NCBI RefSeq assembly: GCF_001194135.2
Contig: NC_069004.1
Coordinates: 16,264,898-16,322,198, forward strand
Reading direction: 5' to 3'
DNA length: 57,301 bases
DNA from: Octopus bimaculoides
Lineage: Eukaryota
The translations under genes and the position numbers were made by a program. Below, piece by piece: positions 23,114 through 35,670 of the stretch. Position 1 is the first letter of the stretch, and the number at the start of each line of letters is the position of its first letter. The notes below the pieces were generated by a model. That model was given only the letters and a program-made list of their open reading frames with translations. It did not search any database and had not been told where the DNA came from.

Positions 23114-23949
23114 NNNNNNNNNNNNNNNNNNNNNNNNNNNNNNNNNNNNNNNNNNNNNNNNNNNNNNNNNNNNNNNNNNNNNNNNNNNNNNNNNNNNNNN
23201 NNNNNNNNNNNNNNNNNNNNNNNNNNNNNNNNNNNNNNNNNTATATATATATATATATATATTTGATTATTTAACATTCCATGTTCCATGTTGGCTTTGG
23301 TTGGATGGTTTGACAAATTCTGATATGTCCAAGGTGTTTATCATACGCCAATGTCTGCTTTGACATGGTTTCTTAGCTTGATGCATTTCTTAATGCCAGC
23401 CACTTTATGATATGTTTTGGGTTTGACGAAAACTGGACAGCCTGACTAAATTCAGCCTACAGTTAAAATCTCTAATGTTTTTATTTTTTTCTTATACCTA
23501 TGCTCTGGCTTTGTACAGGAATTACAAAGCATTCTATTGTATATGATAGATATAACTGAGTTGGTTGTTTGTTGCTGTTACCCTTTACCACTATCCTATC
23601 TTTTTTCAGGCCGTGCACATCCAGAATCAACTATCAAATGCATACTTCTTTTTTTTAAAGATTTGGTTGCTGTTTTTTACAGGTTAAATAATCCCTGAAG
23701 AGGTTTCTTCATTGTTGTTATATTGATTGTACAACATGCAAATTCTGACTGACAAGACACTAAATAGTACAAACATTTACAGTTGATAATTTTACAGCTG
23801 AAATGCCTGAGAATGGAAGGGATTTTTTTTCTTTTTTTGATTTTAGAATAATTGTACATTTGTATCTATAAAATACAAAATAGGAATCCTTTTCTGAGCA
23901 TATTGTTTACATTTCATTATATAATTTAATTTACAATGAAATGCTGTGT

Positions 23950-25046
23950 AGTCATTGTCACCACATGTGTGGAATATAGCAATTTAGAAATTGCCAACTT
24001 TCTAAATGTTGCAAGATCTTTTGTACAGTTTGAATGCAATTGCAAGCCTCTAGTGGGAATATTTGAACTGTATCAGCAAGAGAGAGAAACATTCTAAACA
24101 TTGTTTGGACACTATATGGACAATACAGTCCATCCAACAGAAAAGTCAATGAGGGTCATTGCTAAAGAACTTCAGCTGTTGGAGTGGACTGTCAGAACTG
24201 TGGTGCATAAGGGCATTCAATACAAGCTTTATGTGCTGAGGAGATGCCAGTTTGTGTCTGCAAAGACTTGGGTAAATTGTTTAATTTGTGCTAAAACACC
24301 TCATGGACATGGCATGCTTTGGTTCTTTTCTGATAAGAAAAACTTCCACCAAGACCAAACATCTAACAGGGAATTGATACATGGTTATGTGCAGATCATT
24401 CTGATGTCCCCAGTACAACACACACTAAGTTTCCAGCAACTGGAATTGTTTGGGAATGGTAAATAACAAAGGCCATGTCATGCCACCTTACGTTTTCCCA
24501 CAAGATCTTAGGATTAATACTACTGAACACATTAATGTGCTGGAGACAGCTGTTATGCCCTTGTTGAATGAAGTGTGCTGTAGAAGACCATATGTGTTTC
24601 AACAAAACTCAGTACCTTCTCTCAGAACCCATGTAGCTCAAGAATGGATACCAAACAATGTGTACAATCATGTAACACTAAATGTGTTGCCTCTAAACTT
24701 GCCATATTTAAATCTCATGGACTACAACATTTGGAATGTTTGTTGAAAGGAAGATTCATTGATGTCTTCCCAATACATTTTCATTGACAGTGATATCTTC
24801 ACTGAAGGCCATCATTGTTGAGATGATGTCTAAAATAAATAAGGATCATTTAGTGCAGGCATGTCAACAATTCAGGTCCCACATTGAAACAGTCATTGAA
24901 GCAGAAGGTGGATTCATAGAATAATCTCATAAGAAAGCTTATTGCAAACATTTGCATAAATTTTAATCAAAACACATTTGATTTTTGCTGGATTAGTTTG
25001 TTTTATAAAATTACCAAATATGTCCTCAAATACATCTTGCACCCTG
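23950..25046 (+). mobile_element. Older maT-like transposon copy
   Basis: WFFSDKKNFHQDQ; GHVMPPYVFPQDLRINT..INVLETAVMP...RPYVFQQNSVP...NLPYLNLMDYNIWNV; ends GCACCCTG|TA at 25046. Left boundary approximate. Confidence 0.8.
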
Positions 25047-25882
25047 TATGTTCTCCTATCTATTCTTTTACTGGTTTTAGTCAGTGAATTATGGCCATAA
25101 TTGGACACTGTCTTTGGTGCTTAGTCTGTATTTTATGGAATTATGATAGAAGATAAACAATCTTGATTTTTCAGTGACTGAATTTATATGATTTATATTC
25201 CTTTATGGTGGTACTTCTGCTAAAAGATTAAATACTTAATGGAATTAATTCTGGTTTATGCTGATTCACATGTTACACACATGTACGACTGGCTCCACAC
25301 AGTTTCCATTTCTGAAATTTTACCCACAAACCATTGGTCAACTTGAAGATATTGTAGAAGTTACTTTAACTATGGTACTGTACAACACAATTAATCTCAG
25401 AATCGCATGGTTGCAAAGCAAACTTTTTGTATTCTTGTCACTGTATAAGTTTTAGCTGCAGAATCAACCTCAACTGTCTGAGGTTTTCGTTACTGATCCA
25501 TTACAACCAGAGAGTAGCCAAAAGTAAAAATATATACAGGTGGAGCTTGATGGAGAAATAGTCTCATAAAAATAGCAATGTAGGAATGGTTAAAGGAGCA
25601 TCCATTTATAAGCAATAGCACAACATGCATTGTGCCTAGGTAGGAATTTCTTTATACAGTGTGTGTGTGTGAAAGGCAGTTACAAGGAAAAAAAAACATT
25701 AGTTGTAACATAAAAGAAGATGATAATGAGGATGAGTATTGGTCACACAAGTCCCAAGATGTTGAGGATTGTACAAAGGTGAAGCACATAGGAAAACTAA
25801 CAAAAAAAAAATCAGTGAGGGCATTTGCATTGAGTACAAGCATGAGATCAACCATAATAATGACATTCATAAAGAGGTAATA

Positions 25883-25917
25883 ATTGATGATGATGATGAT
25901 GATGGTGATGGTGATGA

Positions 25918-25951
<34 letters not shown>

Positions 25952-26020
25952 GGTGGCGGCGGCGGCGTAGGCGGTGGTTGCATCTTCTTCTTCTCCTCCT
26001 CCTCCTCCTACTACTACTAA
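25883..26020. repeat. Compound trinucleotide microsatellite (GAT)n(GGT)n(GGC)n..(CTT)n(CCT)n(CTA)n
   Basis: Read directly from the sequence. Confidence 0.9.
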
Positions 26021-27239
26021 CATGGATACTGGCAGAAAATAAAGTTGATTAAATTGATCTTGTACATGTTTGAATACTTAATTTTGTCTGATGGTCTAAC
26101 GATCCTGCCAATTTACCACCCAATAATAATAATAACTGAATTATCGTTGACAAGTTAACCTTCATATTAAATCTTTTATAGCATATCTGTTGAAAACATT
26201 GCCTGTCGCATAGGGTCTGCTATGCTTTAAAATAAAAATGATATCACATGGAACCTGCTGATATCTCAACAACACCTTGCTACAGTTGTGTGGTTTCTTG
26301 CTACAAACATCTTATCTCTCTTTAAACATTGCTGTTCAGTCTGTCCATAGAATTGTTTCCATTCAGTTGCAGGATAATCTATTTCTGTTTTTTACTTTTT
26401 ATTTTATGATTTTTTTTTTTATTGCTTGACACTCTGTCAATTTCTTTTATGTTGCTGCTTTATCTGGTTTGTGCTCTCTGCTCTCATCTTCTCTAGTCTG
26501 TGTGCACATGTAAGTGTGTGCATGTGTCTGTACATGCAATCTTTATCACTCTTGTGCATGTGCTAGTTATTTCATAGCAATTAGATATGACAATCCATTT
26601 TGAAGTTGGTTTTATTGGTTGTGATGCTACACTAATTTTATTATATTATTTTGTACTTGATCCATTATTAGGGTCCTCAGCTACTTGATGTCAGTGTGAT
26701 TATTTCTTACAGTATACCAGTATATTAGTATTGTAGTGCCAGTGTTATTGTTATTATTTTGCTGCAGGTTCAACCTGGTTGAATAGACCTATGCTGAAAA
26801 GCATTCCAAATTCAGGCCATTCTTTTTTTTTTTTTTAGAGGTATGTAGGATTACATAATCTAATGTCTCCTTCCTTTTTTAAGATGTGATTTGAGGAAGA
26901 TTATTTAAAGAAGGTTGAGCAGAAAAAGACATATTCTGTAAAAGACAGAAACAAAACTAGTCTTCTATACTATTATTTTAATAAAAGAAAATGCTTTTGC
27001 TCATTGTAAATGTATTGAGTACTCTGCAATAAAGTGTGTTTCTTTATTTGAAATAGAAACATTTTACAACATATCTATATATGTATCTCTGCATGTGTAT
27101 ACACACACATGTATTTATGTAATGTGTGTGTGTGTGTGTATGTATATACATATATATGTAGGTATATCATGTATGTATATGTAGATACACACACACACAC
27201 ACACATACACACACATATATATATATATATTTATATATA

Positions 27240-29233
27240 CAGGGGTTGAACAAAATAATGGAAACATCTAGCATCATCTAATATATAAATCCCGTTTTGT
27301 CTGTCTGTCTGTGTGCTTATAACTCAAGTATTGTTCATTTGATTGTGCTGAAATTTTAAACATGGATACATGAGAGAGCAGGGCATTCCATAATCTAAAA
27401 AGATTTTCAGAATTGTCAGTTTCAAAGTGAGAATCACTATTTTTGTAATGTTTGTTTGTCCATCAGATGATTAAAACTTTTATTTTTATTTTTATTTGAA
27501 ACTACTGTTACATATCCCATTGTTCTTACCACTACGTCAGTGAAAATCAAAATAAAATACTTAAAGCAACAGTTCTCAAATACAAAAGCCAAAAAATACA
27601 ATTAACAAAATACAAAACTGTTAATTATTTAAATTTCACTTGCAATATTCACTTCGGAGATAAAACAGCATTCAATCTGGCGTATAGGTGTCAACATGAG
27701 GTATGCTTGAGTGCAAAAAGTTTCAGGTTATTTATGATGTCCGATTCCATTTGAAGTTGTATGTATATTGTGTTAAGATTCGTTATCAATCAATTATCCT
27801 TATTGAGAAGAAACAGTCAAAAGTAACCACTACATACAATCACCAAACATCTCCAACTTCTTAACACCATTCAAGTTAACTCGCTTCACCTTTACAGCTG
27901 ACATGAAAACTACAAGGAAAAGGCAACCATTTAATTAAGCAAAACATAGAAAAAATTGATTGCTATTAAAACGCGTAAAATTTTGGGGTTAACAATCTTA
28001 ATCTTTAGTTACAGTTTCTCATTAAAACCACATAATAGGCAGAATTGTTGGAGTTTTTGTAATACATTCTCCATAAGGTTTTACAGCTGCACAAAATTAA
28101 TCAACCAATGTTCTGAAAAACCTCGTCGAAACAAAACTCTGGAAAAAAGCCAAGACTTTCAGATAGGGTCCGTCAGACTCTTACGTGAATTGTTAGAAAG
28201 GATCACAAAAGTACAGCTCCCAAAATTACTGCAGAGCTTAATGACCACCTCGAGAACCCAGTTTGCCAGGAGATGCACAAAGCTGGATTTCATTGAAAGG
28301 CTGCAATCAGAAAACCCCTACTTTCAAAAACAAATGTTGCAAAGTGTTTAGAGTGGAGTAAAAACCTACAGAATTGGACCCTAGAGCAGTGGAAGAATAT
28401 TTTCTTGGACGAGTCATCCTTTAGCATATTTCCAATTACTGGCTGAGTATACATGTGGAGACAGCCAAAAGAAGCATATCGCCCAGNNNNNNNNNNNNNN
28501 NNNNNNNNNNNNNNNNNNNNNNNNNNNNNNNNNNNNNNNNNNNNNNNNNNNNNNNNNNNNNNNNNNNNNNNNNNNNNNNNNNNNNNNNNNNNNNNNNNNN
28601 NNNNNNNNNNNNNNNNNNNNNNNNNNNNNNNNNNNNNNNNNNNNNNNNNNNNNNNNNNNNNNNNNNNNNNNNNNNNNNNNNNNNNNNNNNNNNNNNNNNN
28701 NNNNNNNNNNNNNNNNNNNNNNNNNNNNNNNNNNNNNNNNNNNNNNNNNNNNNNNNNNNNNNNNNNNNNNNNNNNNNNNNNNNNNNNNNNNNNNNNNNNN
28801 NNNNNNNNNNNNNNNNNNNNNNNNNNNNNNNNNNNNNNNNNNNNNNNNNNNNNNNNNNNNNNNNNNNNNNNNNNNNNNNNNNNNNNNNNNNNNNNNNNNN
28901 NNNNNNNNNNNNNNNNNNNNNNNNNNNNNNNNAGGGAAGTTGAACATCTTATCTGGCCACCACAGTCCCCAGATCTCAGTACTATTGAATATTTATGGTA
29001 CATTTTAGAAAAACAAATAAGGAGTCAATATCCTCCACCATCATCCCTACAAGAACTGGAAACTGTTTTAGCTGAAGAATGAACAAAAATTCCTTTGGAA
29101 ACAATTCAAACTTTGTATGTGTCCATACCTCATAGAATTCAAGCTGTAATTACTGCCAAAGGCAATCCTACCCCATATTAAAATAAATTTGTTTGAAATT
29201 TTAAGGTGTTTCCATTATTTTGTCCAACCCCTG
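27240..29233 (+). mobile_element. Tc1-like transposon with both TIRs; transposase disrupted, central part in a gap
   Basis: TIRs CAGGGGTTGAACAAAATAATGGAAACATC and (reverse complement) CAGGGGTTGGACAAAATAATGGAAACACC, 27/29 identical, TA on both sides. NSGKKPRLSDR...AAIRKPLLSKTNVAKCLEW...WKN.FLDES; WPPQSPDLSTIEYLW...SIPHRIQAVITAKGNPTPY*. Confidence 0.92.
27277..28125 (+). mobile_element. Non-autonomous Helitron-like insert nested in the Tc1, 3' end not found
   Basis: Starts A|TCTAATATATAAATCCCGTTTTG(TCTG)n...CTGAAATTT, a typical Helitron 5' TC terminus with a subterminal tetranucleotide repeat, 37 nt inside the Tc1 left end. No CTRR end recognised; the right boundary is where Tc1 homology resumes. 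Confidence 0.55.
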
Positions 29234-29239
29234 TATATA

Positions 29240-29450
29240 TCAACATCTGTTTTCCAAGCTGGTTTGGGTTTGACAGTTGCTGGTATGTCAGAAGATTGTG
29301 CCAAGTTTGACTGTCTGCTCTGGCATGGTTTCTTCTACTAGAATCCCATCTTAATGTCAGCCACTTTACTGGATGTACTGGGTGCTTTTTATGTGGTACC
29401 AGCATTGGTGATGTCACCTAGTAACTTGCAAAGCCCCTCAAGACCCCTGG
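29240..29450 (-). mobile_element. Old RTE-type 3' UTR fragment
   Basis: CAACATCTGTTTTCCAAGCTGGTTTGGGTTTGAC...GGGTGCTTTTTATGTGGTACC is a degenerate version of the 1347/54616 tails. Similar relics at 7820-7960, 23280-23420, 39570-39860 and 43365-43436. Confidence 0.6.
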
Positions 29451-29640
29451 GATTACACCACATCAAGGACACAAGGATTAATTGGGATATTCCTTGAAGC
29501 TCAACTTAGTACCTCATGTTTTCATCTTCATAAGGATGGAGGAAGAAAACAGTATAGAGTAGAATCACATCAAAAATATGAAGATAAACTTACTTGGAAA
29601 TGGATGCATTGCATTCAATTAAATAATAATAAATGATATA

Positions 29641-29676
<36 letters not shown>

Positions 29677-30352
29677 GGTACAGGACGTCACCAACTGCGC
29701 AAACAACATGAAATATGTAAACAAAGAAGTTAAATACATAAACGAGAGGAAAAAATGGGAAATAGGACAAGTAAACTCAGAGAAAGGACCCTTCATCAGT
29801 TGTTGGTTGTCTATCTACTCCTCATTTCCCTTTTTCACCCCTCCTTCTTTCACCGTTTTCTATCTGTCTGTCTCTCTATCTCCCCCTCTTTTTTTCTCTC
29901 GTTGCTCACACGTGACCATCCATTTTTCTTTTCCTGCGCGGATATTCAAAAGACTGGACGTTTTTTTCTCTCTCTTCTATCTTTTCTCTTTCCAAAGAAA
30001 ATATTTCCCCCATGTTCACTATTTTACCCTTGTTCTGATCTAATGACCCTCCATGTTTGTTTTCGTTTGGTTTCCTTGTATGTCTCCACTGTTCTGTTTC
30101 TATTCCCAACTTTGACCCTTCACAAATCCTAAATTTTATTTTAGAATTCATGGAAGCAACTGTCTTTGAAGACTCATATTGTCGTTGAATGCTTGAAATG
30201 AGGAGTACATAGACAGCCAACAATTGATGAAGGGTCCTTTCTCTGTGTTTACTTGTCCTGTTTTACACTTTTTACTCTCACTGTTTATGTATTTAAAAAC
30301 TCATTTGTTTACATATTTCATGTTGTTTGCACAGTTGGTGATATCCTGTACC
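29677..30352. repeat. Long inverted repeat (arms 29677-29828 and 30195-30352) flanked by (TA)n on both sides
   Basis: Left arm GGTACAGGACGTCACCAACTGCGCAAACAACATGAAATATGTAAACAAA...GAGAAAGGACCCTTCATCAGTTGTTGG...CTCCTCATTTC matches the reverse complement of the right arm at roughly 85% by eye; pyrimidine-rich spacer of about 365 nt. Confidence 0.85.
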
Positions 30353-30367
30353 CATATATACATACAT

Positions 30368-30406
<39 letters not shown>

Positions 30407-30934
30407 NNNNNNNNNNNNNNNNNNNNNNNNNNNNNNNNNNNNNNNNNNNNNNNNNNNNNNNNNNNNNNNNNNNNNNNNNNNNNNNNNNNNNNNNNNNNNN
30501 NNNNNNNNNNNNNNNNNNNNNNNNNNNNNNNNNNNNNNNNNNNNNNNNNNNNNNNNNNNNNNNNNNNNNNNNNNNNNNNNNNNNNNNNNNNNNNNNNNNN
30601 NNNNNNNNNNNNNNNNNNNNNNNNNNNNNNNNNNNNNNNNNNNNNNNNNNNNNNNNNNNNNNNNNNNNNNNNNNNNNNNNNNNNNNNNNNNNNNNNNNNN
30701 NNNNNNNNNNNNNNNNNNNNNNNNNNNNNNNNNNNNNNNNNNNNNNNNNNNNNNNNNNNNNNNNNNNNNNNNNNNNNNNNNNNNNNNNNNNNNNNNNNNN
30801 NNNNNNNNNNNNNNNNNNNNNNNNNNNNNNNNNNNNNNNNNNNNNNNNNNNNNNNNNNNNNNNNNNNNNNNNNNNNNNNNNNNNNNNNNNNNNNNNNNNN
30901 NNNNNNNNNNNNNNNNNNNNNNNNNNNNNNNNNN

Positions 30935-32174
30935 GACGTCTCATTTTAACATTTATATTTACCAAAATTACAAAGAAATATCTTGAAATACTGAAGAGTA
31001 AATTTATTCAATAAAATCACCGTTGGCTTCAACCACAGCCTCTAGATGACTTCAGAATCTCCTACAACTCTTCTGGACAGTCTCCTTGCTTAAGTTGGTG
31101 AATGCTGCCATAATCCTTGCCTTCAGTTCATCTTTGGTATTACAAGGAGTTTTGTTGGTCTCTTGCTCCACTGCACCCTACACATAATAATCAAGGGGGT
31201 TGCAGTCTGGGGAGTTAAGTGGCCAGATGTTAGGGGGTATTGTGGTTGCAGAAATTGTCTGACAGCCATGACTGAGTTCTCCTGCTTGTGTGGCATGGTG
31301 CAGATTCCTGTTGCCAGACATAGGGTCTTCCAGCAGCCACCCTCTAGACCCAAGGCAGCACTACCTCCTCCAGGCACTTGATGTAGGCCTCCGTGTTGAG
31401 TATAAGGCCATGTGGGATGATGAATGGAGCATAACGTCGCCATCACTTGTGATCACTTTAAACAGCATGATGTTGCCTGGATGTTTGATTTTTATGACTT
31501 TCAGTACATGTTTTGGGGACATGGTAAGCCAATGGTTGTTCTCTGTGTTCACCATCTGATCCTGGCAGAAATTTTTCTTGTCTGAGAAAAAAATCAAGGC
31601 ATGTTCAGTTGGAGGGGATGCTTGAGTTTGTTCAAAAGCTTTGTAACAAGTCTTTCCTCTTGTCCTTGATTGGTTGGTATAAAACTTGGCCTTTTCTCAT
31701 TTTGTATGTGGAATACCGAATGTCTTCATGCACCACCTGCCTGATAAGAAACTCAGACACTCCCATGTCCCTGGCGATGGACCTGATTGACTTGGAGAGA
31801 TCATTAGCAATCATGGCCTGGATTTCACCAACAAATTCAGGAGTTCTTTTCTTCTCAGAACAATCAGAGTGAGTTTTCTGAGCTGCCATACCTTCATAAT
31901 CACCATTAGACTCATCCAACTCTTTCTGAATCCTCTGCACTGTCCTCAGATTGACACCCAATTATTCTGAAATGTTTGTATTGGAGCTTCCAGCGCAAAT
32001 GCCAAGCAGTACAGCATGTCATTTCTGGCAGAGTGAATTGCGTCATAGTGCTGTTTTTCTCACAGACAGTGCCCAACTGACCCTACTATACTGTGTAGTC
32101 AACAAAATCAAAAACAAACAATGTGCGTGCGCAAAGTCAAAAATATAGAATGGCGATAATTTACCCATCGTACC
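30935..32174 (-). mobile_element. maT/mori-like DD37D transposon, most complete copy (transposase pseudogene)
   Basis: GVNLRTVQRIQKELDESNGDY...SIRSIARDMGVSEFLIRQVVHEDIRY...FFSDKKNFCQDQ...WQQ[E]SAPCHTSRRTQSWL...WPLNSPDCNPLD. After one frameshift correction I count 37 residues between the second and third acidic positions. 5' terminus GGTACGATGGGTAAATTATCGCCA at ~32174. Confidence 0.9.
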
Positions 32175-32175
32175 A

Positions 32176-32712
32176 GGTTTTAAAAAAAGGAATAAGTACT
32201 AGGGTTGATTTGTTTGACTAAACCTTTCAAGGTGATACTCCAGAATGGTTGCAGTCCAATGATTGTAACATGTAAATGGTAAAAGCTAGAGGCACAGACA
32301 TGGCTGTGTGGTAAAAAGTTTGTTTCCCAACCACTTTGTCTCAGAATCAGTCCCACTGTATGGTGCCATCAGCAAGAGTCTTTTGCTATAGCACTGGACT
32401 GACCAAAGGCTTGTGAGTGAATTTGGTAAACGAAAACTGAAAGAAGCTGCTATATGTATGTGTGTGTGTGTGTTGGGGTTACTGTTGTCTTGCTTTGACT
32501 TCATGTGATAGCTGTAAACAAATGTCACCATCATGCTAATGTCCTTCTTTCTAATCTTCCATGAAAAGATGGGTAATTTTACTTTATTTGGAAACAAGTT
32601 ACAGTTGGCAACAGGAAGGGCATCCAATTGTAGGAAATCTGCCTCAACAACCTCCATCCATGCCATGCAAGTATGGAAAAGTGGATGTTAAATGATGATG
32701 ATGATGATGATA
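32176..32712 (+). mobile_element. SINE family A 3' fragment (32176-32285) followed by a family-A-headed SINE ending in an RTE-type (GAT)n tail
   Basis: Head GGCACAGACATGGCTGTGTGGTAA...CAGTCCCACTG; body GGCTTGTGAGTGAATTTGGTAAACGAAAACTGAAAGAAGC; tail GTTGGCAACAGGAAGGGCATCC...ATGGAAAAGTGGATGTTAAAT(GAT)n. Confidence 0.75.
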
Positions 32713-34173
32713 TGTATACATGTGTACTTCAAATCACCAACCTCCTTTCAGTGGGAAGTAGTCCTTCAGGACACAGCTAACAATGGCCCACAATGGTCAT
32801 TTTTATCATGAAATAAGCAAAACTCTGAAAAAGCAGTATAAATGCTTGGACAAAGAAAAAATATATGATCACTCACCCTTGAAATTCACTGTTATTGAAA
32901 TTTGCATGCTGTTATTACATGACAGTTATGGAGTTGCTAAACACTCTTATTTTCCTTCATTTTTTTTTATTGCTGACAAGAGTAATGTCCAAGTAAAATA
33001 ACATATCAGTCTCTCAGTTTTGAGGTTATGAGTTCATATCACATCACAAGCACTTTATACAAGCACTCTTGTCATGAATATGAAATATTTGTTATCTTGT
33101 GAATAGCTCTAAAATTACAATGTCAGGCAATGACCTAGTGATCTTAATAGATCAGTATATACAGAATAAGGTTATTATTTTAAACTTGAATGGCACTTGG
33201 TGCTTATTGTCTTTCAAGTTTTGGTGTCAGTACACAATAGTGTTTTCTTTTTGCTTTTATTTCTTTTATATAGTTTATTTCATGACAACTGGTCTCTTGT
33301 CTCTGAAGTAGATGTAGTCTTTTGATTTATTCAGCAGATTCCTGGCAGTGTTATAATTCTTTAGGTCTTGTAGATGATATGATATGATGGATGGAAGATA
33401 AGTCTATCAGATTTAGAAATAATTGAAATTTTAATTGATATCAGAGTTTTATTTCAATGCTAATTCTTCATTCCTTTATGTTGGAATGATATTGAGAACA
33501 AATACAGCTTCAACAACAATTTATGAATGTAAACTATAATTTACCCAGCTTCAATTAACACCATTGTCAGCTTTCCTATCAATAAAATTATATATTATTC
33601 ATTTTGTTCTTGCATTACTTGAAAAAGCTTCTTTGTTACATTTGACAATGTAGAAATTACATAATGTCATGTTAAGTCTCATCCATTCTAATTCTAACTT
33701 TTATTCTAAAATCTCATAAAATATCAACTGCCCCTCTCCAAAGAGAGAGGGAGAAATTCTTTTCAGTTTCTATTTGCATCTTTCAGAAAACCCTGTCTGA
33801 GTTACAGACTGGAGTATTCATCATCATCAGCAGCAGCTTTAAGGCAATTAGCTGGTAGGATTGTTAGTGTTGGAAAGAATGCTTCATTCCTGCTCATTAT
33901 GTTCTGAGTTCAAATTTTGCTGAGGCTGACTTTGCCTTTCATCTTTTTATATGCTTCACAACTTTGAAGTCCAGAATTCAATGCTATTGTGTGGCATCTT
34001 GGGCAAATATTAATTTTTGTAGCCTCCAGTTCACCTAAATCTTGTGTGTGTGAAATTGAGTAGCCGAAAACAGTAAGAAACACTACGCCATATGCCCACG
34101 GGCATATGTATCTGAATATATGTATGTGTTTTGCATCTGCTTCTGTTACTTATGTTATTAATTCTTGGTATTA

Positions 34174-35296
34174 TGCAGTGCATTCCAGAAGTTTTGAATT
34201 TTTTCGGGAAGAGAAATTTATTAATTTCAAAGAAGTACAAAGCTTCAATCTCCTTCAAAGTAGGATTCTCTGATATTAATGCACTTGTTGTAGCACTCCA
34301 GCCACTTCATGAAGGCCCCCTAAAGGTGTCCAGAACCCTTGTCACAGCCTCCTTCATTTCCTCAATGTCTTCAAAATACCTGTCCCTGAGGTTCTTCTTC
34401 AGCTTGGAGAACAACAAAAAGTCACAGGAAGCAAGATCTAGACTGTAAGGAGAATGATGGACAGTTTTGCTACCCATCTCTGTCAAATAGTTGGATACCA
34501 GGATGGAATTGTGGACTGGTGCATTGTCCTAGAGCTCTGACCTTTTGCAATGAAATCTCTTCTTGAACTCCCTCAAAAACCTCCACAAAGTACTCTTTGT
34601 TGACTGTCTGGCCAGAGGGTATCCAGTGGGTTTAGATGATGCCCTTGCTGTTGAAAAAGGGGATCATCATGAGCTTCCCAATGGACTTGCTTTGCCTGGC
34701 CTTATTGAGTCTTGGGTAGCCAGGGTACCTCCAATGGGCACTTCATCACAGGTCACCAGAAACTCAAGTGCTCTTGGATTGGAGCTAATGAGGTTAACTA
34801 TCTCCTGCTCTCACCAATGCATCTTTCCTTATGTTCTTTATTGATCATCCTGGGAAAAAATGTTGCACAAACTTTGTGCATGTTGAGATTTTCATGAATA
34901 ATTCTGTGTACAGTTTCCACACCAACTCCAAATTGTGAATTTTCTCAATCTGCTCTGATGTTCTGATGCTCCTCTCCTTCCCACACCTCTCATCTCTTAC
35001 CTCTTCTCTACCATCCTTGAATGTCTTGTGCCATTGAAATGCAGATGCTTGGCTCATACAAGCTAATCCATAAGCAGTCTGAAGTATTTCATAAGTTTCT
35101 GTCCTGTTTAACACAAAAAATTTTATTGCATAGTGAGCTTCCAAATTGCCTTCTCAGCTGTCCCCTTCAATCTGGAATTAACGTTGGCAGTTTAGCATAT
35201 TTGACATATAGTAAATATATGCTAAAATTAAAATAGTCTAAGACAGTTATAACTGCCTCTCCTAAAAAAAGTTTCAGACCTTTTTGAATGCATCTC
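34174..35296 (-). mobile_element. mariner (D34D; irritans-like by N-terminal pattern) with degenerate termini and small internal deletions
   Basis: HYAIKFF...TETYEILQTAYG..MSQASAFQWHKTFKDGREEV; FLVTCDE; GQTVNKEYFVEV; DNAPVHN...SPYSLDLASCDF (34 residues between the Ds); SYFEGD*. Confidence 0.9.
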
Positions 35297-35670
35297 TTTT
35301 TAAAAACAAACCCCATTAAGTATGTCTTTATTAATATTCTTGAATTTTCTTATTATATTTTAGATTTAGAATTTTCTATACAATTCTAGAAATATTCCAG
35401 AATTTATAGAAGACCTAAGAATTATAATGGAAATCTTACCATCGTCAATCAACTCATTCATACCCCAGGCTTTTTCACCATAATCATTGTTAACAGTATC
35501 TTAATTGTCATCATCATAAGTATTATCATCATCATCATCCTCGTAATCAGCATATTATCACCACTCTAATGTACATACTACCATACCTGTTTGTTTTACA
35601 CAGTTCTGTTATCCACATGTCTAGTTTGTAAGAACCTGCATGAAGAAATTCCTGTAATTTTAATATCACA

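Noticed and set aside
25659-26020. Acidic and Gly-rich ORFs (DDDD, GGGG)
   Set aside because: Produced by the compound microsatellite; no convincing splice context or domain.
29785-30235. CTGATGA/TTGATGA motifs in the inverted-repeat arms as hammerhead cores
   Set aside because: No GAAA downstream on the relevant strand in either arm.
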